From Malacoraja senta (Eukaryota): a DNA stretch of 64,000 bases. Under the pieces are notes generated by a model. The model was not told the origin of the DNA. It searched no databases and saw only the letters and a list, made by a program, of their open reading frames with translations. A program made the translations under genes and the position numbers. Positions 38,632 to 52,722 of the stretch are shown in pieces. Location: positions 18,414,001-18,478,000 of the forward strand of contig CM075980.1 in assembly GCA_038087875.1 (NCBI GenBank), given 5' to 3'. How positions within the stretch are numbered: position 1 is the stretch's first letter; the number at the start of each line of letters is the position of its first letter.

Positions 38632-38990
38632 CTAGACTAGGTGGGACCCGTTGGGTCCCATTGTCACCCAACGCAATATTCCACCACTCACGCATAGTCC
38701 CCAACTGCGCAGGCGCGGCTGACGGGTTCCCGTTGTGACGCCCCTGATCACCCCTCCTCCCCTCACCCCACAACTCCGCCCCTTGCCCTCCCCCTCCCCA
38801 GCACTCATTTCATCCCTCCCCCCATCCACTCTTAGCGGCTCTCCAGCGGCCCAGCCATTACCACCCATTGGGTTCCCATTGTGACATAGAACACGCAGGT
38901 ATTACTGCGTAGGCGCAGCTGATGGGCACGGCAAGTGGAAAAAGGATTTATTAAAGCTTAAAATGTGAATAACTCTTAAAATATAACAAC
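38632..38990 (-). mobile_element. Helitron-like non-autonomous element, 3' end
   Basis: Minus strand reads hairpin GGGACCC-AAC-GGGTCCC, then ACCTAGTCTAG|T, i.e. a GC hairpin shortly before CTAG and a host T. The 5' end was not found. Confidence 0.55.
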
Positions 38991-39290
38991 AAACCTTACA
39001 GACCTGCTTTAATCCAGTAAAACACCCCGGGAGGTGGTGCACTTCTGTGTCTCTGCCTCCACTCCTTGCTCAGGCAGCCACTCTCACATTTGTGTAGATT
39101 TTCACCTCAGCCCCCACTGGTTGGAAGACTACCAAACAATGGGAAGAGTATGGGCAGCTGGAGATAACTCAATGTCATCAACATTGAATTTTCCAATTTT
39201 AGGCAACCCCCATCTTTCTGGGCTCCTCTTTATCTCTCTCCCTCTCATTCCTATCATCCTCCATTCTTCCCATGTTAGCTCCCATCTTCC

Positions 39291-42200
39291 TTTAACAGGA
39301 GGAGAGTTAAAGAGAAGGACAGCAAAGGTAACAATCTTGGGATTACTGCCTGTGCCACGCGACAGTGAGAGTAGGAATGGAGCGAGGTGGAGGATAAATG
39401 CGTGGCTGAAGGACTGGTGCAGAGGGCAGGGATTCAAATTTCTGGATCATTGGGACCTCTTTTGTGGAAGGTGCGACCTGTACAAAAAGGATGGGTTGCA
39501 CTTGAACCTGAGGGGGACCGATATCCTGGCAGGGTGATCTGCAAAGGCTACTGGGGAGACTTTAAACTAGAATGGTTGGGGGGAGGGACTCAAATAGAGA
39601 AAGCTATTAGACAGTGTGTGAGGCAGGAGGCAGAGAAGGAAAGCACTCAGACCCAACATGTAGGGGGGAAAGAAGAAAACAATAATAAACAGAGAATAAG
39701 AGGTGGTGGGGTTCTTAAATGGGTGAGCAGAGAAACAGAGGGGTGTAAAATGCGGGCGGAAGCAATAGGTAGCAAGGTGAAAAGTAAAAGTGGCAGGCAG
39801 ACAAATCCAGGGCAAAAATCAAAAAGGGCCACTTTTCAACATAATTGTATAAGGGGTAAGAGCGTTGTAAAAACAAGCCTGAAGGCTTTGTGTCTCAATG
39901 CAAGGAGCATTCGTAATAAGGTGGATGAGTTGAACGTGCAGATAGCTATTAATGATTATGATATATTTGGGATCACGGAGACATGGCTCCAGGGTGACCA
40001 AGGTTGGGAGCTGAACATCCAGGGATATTCAATATTCAGGAGGGATAGAGAGAAAGGAAAAGGAGGTGGGGTAGCGTTGCTGGTTAGAGAGGAGATTAAC
40101 ACAGTGGAAAGGAAGGACATTAGCTTGGAGGATGTGGAATCGGTATGGGTAGAGCTGCGAAACACTAAGGGGCAGAAAACGCTGGTGGGTGTTGTGTACA
40201 GGCCACCTAGCAGTAGTAGTGAAGTTGGGGATGGCATCAAACAGGAAATTAGAAATGCGTGCAACAAAGGCAAAACAGTTATAATGGGTGACTTCAATCT
40301 ACATATAGATTGGGTGAATCAAATTGGCAGGGGTGCTGAGGAAGAGGATTTCTTGGAATGTATGCGGGATAGTTATCTAAACCAACATGTAGAGGAACCA
40401 ACGAGAGAGCAGGCTATTCTAGACTGGGTATTGAGTAATGAGGAAGGGTTAGTTAGCAGTCTTGTTGTGCATGCCCCCTTGGGCAAGAGTGACCATAATA
40501 TGGTTGAGTTCTTCATTAGGATGGAGAGTGACATTGTTAATTCAGAAACAACGGTTCTGAACTTAAAGACAGGTAACTTTGAGGGTATGAGATGTGAATT
40601 GGCCAAGATTGACTGGCAATTAGTTCTAAAAGGGTTGACGGTGGATATGCAATAGAAGGCATTTAAAGACTGCATGGATGAACTACAAAAAATGTTCATC
40701 CCAGTTTGGCAAAAGAATAAATCAGGGAAAGTAGTGCATCCGTGGATAACAAGGGAAATCAGGGATAGTGTCAAAGCAAAAGATGATGCGTACAAATTAG
40801 CCAGAAAAAGCAGCATACCAGAGGACTGGGAGAAATTCAGAGACCAGCAGAGGAGGACAAAGGGCTTAATTAGGAAAGGGAAAATAGATTATGAAAGGAA
40901 ACTGGCAGGGAACATAAAAACTGACTGCAAACGTTTTTATAGATATGTGAAGAGAAAGAGATTAGTTAAAACAAATGTAGGTCTCTTGCAGTCAGAAACA
41001 GGTGAATTGATCATGGGGAACAAAGATATGGCGGACCAATTGAATAACTACTTTGGTTCCGTCTTCACTAAGGAAGACATAAATAATCTGCCGGAAATAG
41101 CAGGGGACCGCGGGTCAAAGGAGATGGAGGAACTGAGTGAAATCCAGGTTAGTCGGGAAGTGGTGTTGGGTAAATTGAATGGATTAAAGGCCGATAAATC
41201 ACCAGGGCCAGATAGGCTGCATCCCAGAGTACTTAAGGAAGTAGCTCCAGAAATAGTGGATGCATTAGTGATAATTTTTCAAAACTCTTTAGATTCTGGA
41301 GTAGTTCCTGAGGATTGGAGGGTAGCAAACGTAACCCCACTTTTTAAGAAGGGAGGAAGAGAGAAACGGGGAATTACAGACCAGTTAGTCTAACATCGGT
41401 AGTGGGGAAACTGCTAGAGTCAGTTATTAAAGATGGGATAGCAGCACATTTGGAAAGTGGTGAAATCATTGGACAAAGTCAGCATGGATTTACGAAAGGT
41501 AAATCATGTCTGATGAATCTTATAGAATTTTTCGAGGATGTAACTAGTAGAGTGGATAGGGGAGAACCAGTGGATGTGTTGTATCTGGACTTTCAGAAGG
41601 CTTTCGACAAGGTCCCACATAAGAGATTAGTATACAAACTTAAAGGACACGGTATTGGGGGTTCAATATTGATGTGGATAGAGAACTGGCTGGCAAACAG
41701 GAAGCAAAGAGTAGGAGTAAACGGGTCCTTTTCACAATGGCAGGCAGTGACTAGTGGGGTACCGCAAGGCTCAGTGCTGGGACCCCAGCTATTTACAATA
41801 TATATTAATGAACTGGATGAGGGAATTGAAGGCAACATCTCCAAGTTTGCGGATGACACTAAGCTGGGGTGCAGTGTTAGCTGTGAGGAGGATGCTAGGA
41901 GACTGCAAGGTGACTTGGATAGGCTGGGTGAGTGGGCAAATGTTTGGCAGATGCAGTATAATGTGGATAAATGTGAGGTTATCCACTTTGGTGGCAAAAA
42001 CAGGAAAGCAGACTATTATCTAAATGGTGGCCGATTAGGAAAAGGGGAGATGCAGCGAGATCTGGGTGTCATGGTACACCAGTCATTGAAAGTAGGCATG
42101 CAGGTGCAGCAGGCAGTGAAGAAAGCGAATGGTATGTTAGCTTTCATGGCAAAAGGATTTGAGTATAGGACCAGGGAGGTTCTACTGCAGTTGTACAGGG

Positions 42201-42768
42201 TCTTGGTGAGACCACACCTGCGTACAGTTTTGGTCACCAAATCTGAGGAAGGACATTATAGCCATAGAGGGAGTGCAGAGAAGGTTCACCAGACTGATTC
42301 CTGGGATGTCAGGACTTTCATATGAAGAAAGACTGGATAGACTTGGCTTATACTCGCTAGAATTTAGGAGATTGAGAGGGGATCTTATAGAAACGTACAA
42401 AATTCTTATGGGGTTGGACAGGCTAGATGCAGGAAGATTGTTCCGATGTTGGGGAAGTCCAGGACAAGGGGTCACAGCTTAAGGATAAGGGGGAAATCCT
42501 TTAAGACCGAGATGAGAAAAACGTGTTCACACAGAGAGTGGTGAATCTCTGGAACTCTCTGCCACAGAGGGTAGTTGAGGCCAGTTCTTTGGCTATATTT
42601 AAGAGGGAGTTAGATGTGGCCCTTGTGGCTAAAGGGATCAGGGGGTATGGAGAGAAGGCAGGTACGGGATACTGAGTTGGATGATCAGCCATGATCATAT
42701 TGAATGGCGGTGCAGGCTCGAAGGGCCGAATGGCCTACTCCTGCACCTATTTTCTATGTATCTATGTA
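39291..42768 (+). mobile_element. CR1/HER1-type LINE, 5' truncated inside ORF1
   Basis: ORF1 SGNH esterase end (DGLHLN); ORF2 APE endonuclease (LNARS, GITETW, MGDFN, SDH) and RT ([23 protein letters not shown]); (TATC/TATG)n tail; a few stops and frameshifts. Confidence 0.97.
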
Positions 42769-45700
42769 TCTCAGATTCTGTCATCAGAGCCCATTTTCAT
42801 CCCCCTTTCTCCCTTGCTGGTTCCATCTGCTACACATTGCACCCACCAGGTCCCATCCTCCATCTTCCCTTCATATATCTCTTTCTTCCATTATCACCTT
42901 GCTCAGTTATCAGGTTCCAGCACCGGTGGTCTTTGTGTCCGCGCTTGTGAACCTCCAACCTCTGCATCAACCTTCACTCTCCCCTCCCCCACCTGGCTCC
43001 ATCTCCCTTTTACATCCTTGTCTGATTCCATCATTCACCCATTCAGCCCATCAGCTTTCACCACTCCTTGGTCCACCTATCAACCAGGACCCCCTGTCTC
43101 ACCTCTCCCCTCCTCTTTATTTTGGCAATCTACCCTCTTCAGTCAGTCCTGATGCAAGGACTTACCCCATAACACTGACAATTCCTCCCGCGCCATCTCT
43201 ACCCAACAGATGCTGCTCGACACGTTGAATGTCTGCAGCAGAATGTTTTTGTTCCAGTTTGCAGTCTTCGCGAGTCTGTGTTGGAATACCTTTAACATTT
43301 GATAGCTCATATTTGGTATTAAGGCAGCACCAGCAATGGTTCAGGGCTTTGACTTCATCCTAAACATGGCTGATCATTTTACATGTTTTCAGGGTATGTG
43401 AATAATAGGCAACTATGCAGGGACTGGTGAAACCATCAACAAAATTAATTTACAGGAACAGAAGCTTCCAAAATCAATGATTGATTGAAGTTGTCAGGAA
43501 TTAGATATTAAAATTGTCATTTTCCATCCGATCCCTGAAATAACGTGTGGCCAGTTGGATTGGACGATGAATAATACGATTTTTATTCTTGAAGACGAAA
43601 CCCAAATATATAGACCAGCAAATGTGACTCCAGTGGTGTGATCTAATTGGCAATGGTCCACGCAACATGTCAGAATGGGTCTGGCAGGATGGCCCCATGT
43701 ACAGTGAGGCTGTATAAACACTGGGATCATTCGATTAAAGTAACAAACAACCTCCCCCATTTCACATCAAGGAATTACAACAGAAATGAACGGTAAATAC
43801 ATTTATTATTGTTAAGAACATGTGAATATTAATATTATTACTTCTATTTGAAAAAAAGTAAAAAATTAAAACATAGCAGCTAAAAATTAAAACATTGCCG
43901 TCTGAAGAAGGGTGTCGACCCGAAACATCGCCCATCCCTTCGCTCCATAGATGCTGATTCACCCGCTGAGTTTCTCCAGCATTTTTGTGTCCCTTTGATT
44001 TTTCCAGCATCTGCAGTTCTTTCTTAAACAGCTAAACTAAAAGATGTTTGCACTCTCATATTCTCCATTGATCAGCTTCTCTCTCGTTTATTTATCAAAG
44101 TAATGTAGCCAGGTCTCCAGGTGCTGAATCCAATTGCAACACATTGCAACCGGATACTGTGCTTCACTGTTCCTTTGAGCACTGATGTCTGCTTTGTCGT
44201 GCGTCAGTAGAAGATGGCGTGATTCGGTTTTGGATGCTCAAACGTGGTGGTGCTTTTATCTATTGGCCTTGAAAGTGGAGCGCAGTCGATGCTGCTCTCC
44301 CCGATTGTTGGTGCTTTTGTGTCGGTCACTGTCCCTGCCAGTTGCTCCACGATGTCACGTTGCTTCCTCGGCTGCAGCATTGCCTTGGCAGAACGTTCTT
44401 TGGCCTCTCTCATCTCCAAAAGTACAATGATTGGAATAGTATACACCAAATGACAGAGAGCCATTATCAGACTGACCCTCTGCCATTGGCTTGGATGGTC
44501 CTGCCACCTCCTGAGGCATTTTTGCATCGTCTCCAACTGCTGTGTTTTCTCCACTCTCCATTGCTGGATTGCTGCTGCTGGAGTGGTGTTGTGCTGTTCA
44601 GCACTTGCACCCAGTACGATCTTCCCATTGGCAGGGAGTGCGGTTGCTTCACATTCACAGCGTTCATCAGGTACGCATGCCAAGAGTAGAAAATCATCCC
44701 CGCTGTTTCGTGACACACAGCAGAGATGGAGCTGTGTCTGAATGCAGGATCTTCAGCTGTTGCTGCTATTTATTGGTTGGGGAACAATTCCATTGTGATG
44801 AAGTTTCACATCGACATTGGTCACCGTTGATCATATTTGGTAATAAGGCATCACCAGCAATGACAGGGTGGTTCTGGGCTTTGACTTCATCCTAAAATGG
44901 GTGATCATTTTACAAGGTTTCAGGGTATGTGAAAAATAGGCAACTATGCAGGGACTGGTGAAACCATCAACAAAATTAATTTACAGGAACAGAAGCTTCC
45001 AAAATCAATGATTGATTGAAGTTGTCATGAATTAGATATTAAAATTGTCATTTTCCATCCCATCCCTGAAACAACGTGTGGCCAGTTGGATTGGATGATG
45101 AATAATACGATTTTTATTCTTGAAGACGAAACCCAAATATATAGACCAGCAAATGTGACTCCAGTAGTGTGATCTAATTGGCAATGGTCCACACATCATG
45201 TCACAATGGGTCTGGCAGGATGGCCCCATGTACAGTGAGGCTGTATAAACACTGGGATCATTCGATTAAAGTAACAAAACAACCTCCCCCATTTCACATC
45301 AAGGAATTACAACAGAAATGAACGGTAAATACAATTTATTATTGTTAAGAACATGTTAATATTAATATTATTACTACTATTCGAAAAAAAGTAAGAAATT
45401 AAAACATAGCAGCTAAAAAATGCGGTCTGAAGAAGGGTGTCGACCCGAAACATTGCCTATTCCTTCGCTCCATAGATGCTGACTCACCCACTGAGTTTCT
45501 CCAGCATTTTTGTCTCCCTTCGATTTCTCCAGCATCTGCAGTTCTTTCAGAAACAGCTAAACTAAAAGATGTTTGCACTCTCATCTTCTCCATTGATCAG
45601 CTTCTCTCTCGTTTATTTATCAAAGTAATGTAGCCAGGTCTCCATGATTGACCACTGATGTCTGGGCTTATTCCATTAAAGTAACAAACAACCTCCCCAT

Positions 45701-48700
45701 TTCACATCAAGGAATTACAACAGAAATGAACGGTAAATACCTTTTTTATTGTTAACAATATAAGTTACTATTATTAATATTAATATTACTAGTATTCAAA
45801 AAAATGTCAAAAATTCAAACATAGCAGCTAAACTAAAAGATGTTTGCACTCCCGTCTTCACCATTGCCCAGCTTCTCTCTCAAAGAAGAAGAAGCTTTGT
45901 CGGTGGTCGGTAGAAGATGGCGGGTTTCTGTTTTGGGTGCTCAAACGTGGTGTTGCTTGAAAGTGGAGTGCTGTCGATGTTGCTCTCCCCGATTGTTGGT
46001 GCTTGTGTGTAGGTCGCTGTCCCTGCCAGTTGCTCCACGCTGTCACGTTTCTTCCTGGGCTGCAGCATTCGCTCGGCAGAACGTTCTTTGGTTTCTCACA
46101 TCTCCCACAGTTCAGCAATTGAACAATGTACAACAAATGACAGAGAGCCTTCCTCAGGCTGACCCTCTGCCATTGGCTTGGATGGTCCTGCCACCTCCTG
46201 AGACATTTTTCCATCGTCTCCAACAGAAGTCCACCTCGCACTGATCAATATGGAGACAATTTCCCATGTTGAAATTTTTGGAATTCACGACCAAAGCATG
46301 GTGTGGAGACCCATCACCAAGTATATTTAAGACTGATTAATCAATGTTGGAATCGTATGAAATCTACACCAGAAAGTGGCATTGGTGGGGAAGATCAGGC
46401 ACATTAAATGGTAAGGTACACAAAAATGCTGGAGAAACTCAGCGAGTGCAGCAGCATCTATGGAGCGAAGGAGATAGGCAACGTTTCGGGCCAAAACCCT
46501 TCAAATGTAAAGCAGGCATAATGGGCTTAATCTGTATTCCTGATTGTACTCATTATGTTCAAATCACCAGCATTCCAACTTAGTGGCATAAAATGGGAGC
46601 AGACAATCATAGGATCTATAAAGTTGCTCTGGTTGCTGTGGGTTTAGAGGCATGCAATCCGGCTCTAATTCTGATCGTCGTCCCTGGGTAGTGAAGTGAA
46701 AAGGTTCCCCTGAGAACAGTGTGAATCTGGTGGAGATTCTATCAAGAGTTACTCCAGTGGTAATGTCAGCGATGCCCCCAGACTTCAGCCCACAGGTTAT
46801 GTCTGAGGCTCCAGGAAATAAATTGATCCTTCACGATCTACAACCTGCTGAAATCCCAATCCCTCCCCTACAAACCTGCTTTAATCCAGTAAAACACCCC
46901 GGGAGGTGGTGAAAATCTGTGTCCCTGCCTCCACTTCCTGCTCAGGCAGTCACTCTCACACGTGTAGATTTTTACCTCAGACCCAACTGGATGGAAGACT
47001 ACCAAACAGAGGGAAGAGTATGGGCAGCTGGAGATAACTCAATGTCATCAACATTGAATTTTCCAATTTCAGATAATCCTCATCTCCTGAGTGCCTCATT
47101 CTCTCTCACCCTCCCTCTCCCTCTCATTCCTATCATCCTCCATTCCTCCCATGTTAGCTTCCATCTTGCTGTATCAGATTCTGCCCATCAGAGCCCATTT
47201 GCATCCCCCTTTCTCCCTTGCTGGTTCCATCTGCTACAGATACATTGCACCCACCAGGTCCCATACTCCATCTTCCCTTCTTCTCACTCTTTGTTCCATT
47301 ATCACCTTGCTGAGTTATCAGGTTCCAGCACCGGTGGTCTTTGTGTCCGCGCTTGTCAACCTCCAACATCTGTATCAACCTTCACTCTCCCCTCCCCCCA
47401 CCTGGCTCCATCTCCCTTTTACATCCTTGTCTGATTCCATCATTCACCCATTCAGCCCATCATCTTTCACCACTCCTTGGTCCACCTATCAACCACGACC
47501 CCCTGTCTCACCTCTCCCCTCCTCTTTATTTTGGCAATCTCCCCTCTTCACTTAGTCCTAATGCAAGGACTTGACCCAAAACATTGGCAATTCCTCCCGC
47601 ACCATATCTTCTCAACATATGCTGCTCGACACACTGAATGTCTGCAGCAGAATGTTTTTGTTCCAGTTTGCAGTCTGTGTGAATCTGTGTTTAAACACCT
47701 TGAACATGTTTAAAATTCAACTTTGGTATTAAGGCAGCACCAGGATGGTCCAGGGCTTTGTCTTATTCTTAAACATGGCGGATCATTTTACAGCAGTACA
47801 GGACATGTGAAAAATAAGCAACTAAGCAGGGTCTGGTTAAACTGCAAACAAAATGAATTTACAGGAAGAGAAGCTTCGAAACATTGATTGGAGTTGTCAG
47901 GATTTAAGTATTAAAATTGTCAGTTTACATCTGCCTCTAATAATGTGTGGCAAGTGTGTTGCATGATGAAGAATATAATTTCTATATTTGACAAAGAAAC
48001 CCAAATATATAGACCAGTAAATGTGACTCCAGTGGTGTAATCTAATTGACAATGGTCCACGCAGCATGTCAGAATGGGTCTGGCAGGATGGCCCAATGTA
48101 CAGTGAGGCTGTACTAACACTGGGTTCATTTGTTTAAAGGACCAAACAACCTCCCCCCTTTCACATCAAGAAATTACAACTGAAAGTAACTGTAACTACT
48201 TTTATTATTGTTAAAAATACAAGTTAGGACTTTTACTATTACTATTACTGCTATTCAATAAAAAGTAAAAAATTCATACACATTGGCTGCCAAACTCAAA
48301 GAGTTTTGCACTCTCAGTTTCTTCATTGCCCAGCGTCACTCTCGCTTATATATCGAAGAAATATAGCCAGGTCTCCAGGTGCTGAATCCAATTGCAATAC
48401 ATTTCAACCGGATACTTTGCTTCACTGTTCCTTTGAGCTCTGATGTCTGCTTTGTCGTGGTTCGATGGAAGATGACGGGTTTCCGTTTTAGATGCTCAAA
48501 CGTGGTGGTGCTTTCATCTATTGGCCTTGAGAGTGGATGCTGCTCTCCCCGATTGTTGGTGCTTTTGTGTCGGTCACTGTCCCTGCCAGTTGCTCCACGA
48601 TGTCATGTTGCTTCCTGGGCTGCAGCATTGCATCGGCAGAACATTCTTTGGCTTCTCTCATCTCCATCAGTTCAGCAATTAAATAGTATACAACAAATGA

Positions 48701-49118
48701 CAGAGAGCCATTCTCAGCCTGACCCTCTGCCATTGGCTTGGATGGTCCTGCCACCTCCTGAGGCATTTTTGCATCGTCTCCAACTGCTGTGTTTTCTCCA
48801 CTCTCCATTGCTGGATTGCTGCTGCTGGAGTTGTGTTCAGTACTTGCACCCAGTACGATTTTCCCATCGTCAGGGAGTGCGGTTGCTTCACATTCACAGC
48901 GGTCATCAGGTACGCAAGCCAAGAGGAGAAAATCATCCCCACTGTTTCGTGACACACAGCCGAGATGGAGCTGTGTCTGAATGCAGGATCTTTAGCTGTT
49001 GGTTTGCTGCTATTTATTGGTTGGGGAACAGTTTCATAGAAAATCCCAGTGACTGCCATTTTCACAATGCATCACCAAAACATAAAATATGTTTGTAAAA
49101 TATGGACTTTAAGATGTT

Positions 49119-52100
49119 ACATAGAAACATAGAAAATAGGTGCAGGAGGAGACCATTCGGCCCTTTGAGCCAGCATTCATTGTGATCATGGCTGATCGTC
49201 CCCTATCAATAACCCGTGCCTGCCTTCTCCCCATATCCCTTGACTCCACTAGCCCCTAGAGCTCTATCTAACTCTTTCAATCCATCCAGTAACTTAGCCT
49301 CCACTGCCCTCTGTGGCAGGGGAATTCCATAAATTCACAACTCTCTGGGTGAAAAAGTTTTTTCTCACCTCAGTCTTAAATGACCTCCCCTTTATTCTAA
49401 GACTGGCCCCTGGTTCTAGACTCGCCCAACATTGGGAACATTTTTCCTGCATCTAGTTTTTTCAATCCTTTTATAATTTTATATGTTTCTATAAGACTTC
49501 CCCTCATCCTTCTAAACTCCAGTGAATACAAGCCTAGTCTTTTTCAATCTTTCCTTATATGACAATCCCGCCATCCCAGGGATCAATCTCGTGAACCTAC
49601 GCTGCACTGCCTCAATCACAAGGATATCCTTCCTCAAATTAGGAGACCAAAACTGTAGATGAGATATGCATGTGCCTTTAACATAGTGACCTCATACCCA
49701 CTAACCACTCCCCATATCACAAGTATAACTACAACCTCCACACCCACAGATCCGCTCTCTAGTTCCTGTGACAGACCACGTACAGCTAGTGCAATGTATA
49801 ATGATCCAGTATGAATAAAGATAGTAAAAGTAACGATGCCTCGTTATCAATCCTTTACATGGTGTCAGACCCTGGCCCTGCAACAGCTGTCTGCCGTCAT
49901 CCGGCAGGGCTGGCCTGACCGTCGCTCGGCACTGCCGGCTGGAGCCGTGCCCTACTTCCTGATTCGGGACGAGCTCGTATTGCACGACGGCGTGGTGGTG
50001 AAGGGTCACAAAGTGGTCGTGCCCGCGGCGCTGCACGACCACTATTTTCAAGTTGCACACCGCGGTCACACGGGGCCGAAGCCACTTTGTCTCTCGCCAA
50101 GGCCCAGTTCTATTGGCCGGGATATGGCAAAGTACATCTGGGAGAGGGTCTCATCGTGTTCCACCTGCCAACAGCCACGCCCCCCATCAGCAGCGTCAGC
50201 CGCTTCTACAGAAGCCCGCGCCCAGACTGCCCTGGATGGCGCTCGCCACAGACATTTTTGAGTGGCGGGGCAAACATTTCCTGGTACTCGTTGACTTCTA
50301 CTCCAGCTGGTTTGCGGTTGACCGGCTGCCTTCCCGTGACCTCTTCGGCCGTCATCGACAGGTTGTACCCTCACTTTAGCACTTTTGGCCCCCCGGCAAG
50401 CTTGCAGTCGGACATGGCAGCCAGTTCACGAGCTCCGAGTTTAAAGCGTTCGCTTCCAGATGGAACTTTCGCCATTTCACAAGCAGCCCGGAGTACCCGC
50501 AAAGCAACGGTTTGGCCGAGCGCGCGGTACGCAGTGCTAAGCACCTGTTGGACAGTGTGGTGGCATTAACTCCGACTTCCACCTGGCCCTCCTCAGCCTT
50601 CGAAACATTTCCCGCGACCCTGCCATGGGTTCACCTGCTCAGCGGCTCCTGTCTCGCGCTACCAGGCTCCCACTCCCGGTGGCCCAGCGATCCCTCATAC
50701 CCTCGGTCCTTCCACCTGCGGCGGTTCAGAAACGAATTGCCTTCAGGCAAGACGTCCAAAAGCGGTCCCATGACAGGTCCTGCCACCCGCTGCCGCCCCT
50801 CTTCCCCGGTCAAGTGGTCCGTATGCAGACCACTCCCGGTCACTCCAAGCTCGCTACTGTCGTCGGCTCTGCGGGGTCGCCCAGGTCCTATTTCGTCGAC
50901 TACGCTGGGACCATTTACCGACGGTCCCGCCAGCACCTTCGGCTCGTCCACGAGCCGCGTCCTCCTGCCGCCGATCCCTTTGCTCCCCCGCTGCCTGTTT
51001 CGCGTCCGGCCGTTGCCCTGCCCGGATTCCTGACATGCCTCGCTCTGCTCCTCCTTCGCCCCCTCCGCTCCAACACACTCCGACTAGTCCTCGCTCGCCC
51101 CCCGCGCTCTTCCCGGTCCCGGCCCCGCATCCCCTCCGGTTTCGGTGCCGCGGTCTCTTCCGTTTCCTCCCGTTTCCCCCTTTCAGGTTCGTCTGTCCCC
51201 GCTGGTGCCTCTTCCTCCTGCAGGAAGGGTGGATGGCGAGACGCGAACCCGGGCGGGACGTCTTGTCAAACCGCCTGACCGCTATGGCGATGTTGCCTAG
51301 CTATCCTAGCGCATGAGCCGTGGTCGCCATGTCACCTTTGTATTTACCTGTCGTTTCGGAGAGGAAGAATGTAGATGAGATATGCATGTGCCTTTAACAT
51401 AGTGACCTCATACCCACTAACCCACTCCCCATATCACAAGTATAACTACAACCTCCACACCCACAGATCGCTCTCTAGTTCCTGTGACAGACCACGTACA
51501 GCTAGTGCAATGTATAATGATCCAGTATGAATAAAGATAGTAAAGTAACGATGCCTCGTTATCAATCCTTTACAAAAATGTACACAATACTCCAGATATG
51601 GTCTCACCAGAGCCCTATACAACTGCAGAAGAACCTCTTTACTCCTGTACTGAAATCCTCTTGTTATGAAGGCCAACCTTCCATTAGCTTTCTTCACTGA
51701 CTGCTGTACCTGTAAGTCAACTTTCAGTGACCGGTGTACAAGGACGCCCAGGTCTCGCTGCACCTCCACCTTACCTAACCTAACCCAATTGAGATAATAA
51801 TCTTCCCCCTTGTTTTTGCCGCCAAAGTGGATAACCTCACATTTATCTATATTATACTGCATCTGCCACGCATCTGCCCACTCACTCAACCTGTCCAGGC
51901 CACCCTGCAACCTCATAACATCCTCTTCACAGTTCACACTGCCACCCAGCTTTGTGTCATCCGCAAACTTGCTAGTGTTGCTCCTAATTCCCTCTTCCAA
52001 ATCATTAATATATTTGGTAAACAGTTGCGGCCCCAACACCGAGCCTTGCGACACTCCACTCGCCACTGCCTCCCATTCTGAAAAGGACCCGTTCACTCCT

Positions 52101-52722
52101 ACTCTTTGCTTCCGTCTGCCAACCAATTTTCTATCCATGTCAACACCCTACCCCCAATACCATGTGCTCTAATTTTAGTCACCAGTCTCCGTGCGGGATC
52201 TTATCAAAGGCTTTCTTGAAAGTCTAGATACACTACATCCACTGGCACCCCTTCATCCATTTTACTTGTCACATCCTCAAAAAATTCCAGAAGATTAGTC
52301 AAGCATGATTTCCCTTCATAAATCCATGTTGACTTGGACTAATCCTTTTACTGCCTATCCAAATGCCCCATTATTACCTCTTTAATAATTGACTCCAGCA
52401 TCTTTCCCACCACCGGTCAGGCTAACTGGTCTGTAATTCCCCGTTTTCCCTCTCGCTCCTTTCTTGAAAAGTGGGATAACATTAGCTATCCTCCAATCCA
52501 CAGGAACTGATCCTGAATCTATTGAACATTGGAAAATGATCACCAATGCGTCCACTATTTCTAGAGTCACCTCCCTGAGGACACTGGAATGCAGACCATC
52601 AGGCCCAGGGGATTTATCATCATTCAGTCCCATTAGCCTACCCAATACTATTTCTCGCCTAATGAAAATTTATTTGTTCCTCTAGCCCCTTAGATCCTCT
52701 GTCCTCCAGTACATCTGGGAGA
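49119..52722 (-). mobile_element. CR1-type LINE, 5' truncated, split by an LTR element
   Basis: RT motifs (GVSQGSVLGP, FADD, KSPGPDG) at 51575-52722; 3' part and (TTTCTATG)n tail at 49119-49653. Confidence 0.93.
49654..51574 (+). mobile_element. Internally deleted Ty3/Gypsy LTR retrotransposon (integrase only)
   Basis: TG...CA LTRs 49654-49859 and 51370-51574 differ only by single-base indels. PBS TGGTGTCAGA, PPT GGAGAGGAAGAA, imperfect aaaa(c) TSD. Integrase with HHCC and DDE motifs (ATDIF, LQSD, QSNGLAER). Confidence 0.95.

Noticed and set aside
44150-44260. F-box-like string (PDTVLH...LSCVSRRWRDSVLDAQTW) on the plus strand of block B
   Set aside because: It needs a frameshift shared by all copies, the spacing is too short for an F-box, and there is an in-frame upstream stop.
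48379-49098. 239 aa plus-strand ORF in array block B
   Set aside because: The frame is not preserved between copies, and its composition looks like the antisense of the minus-strand frame.
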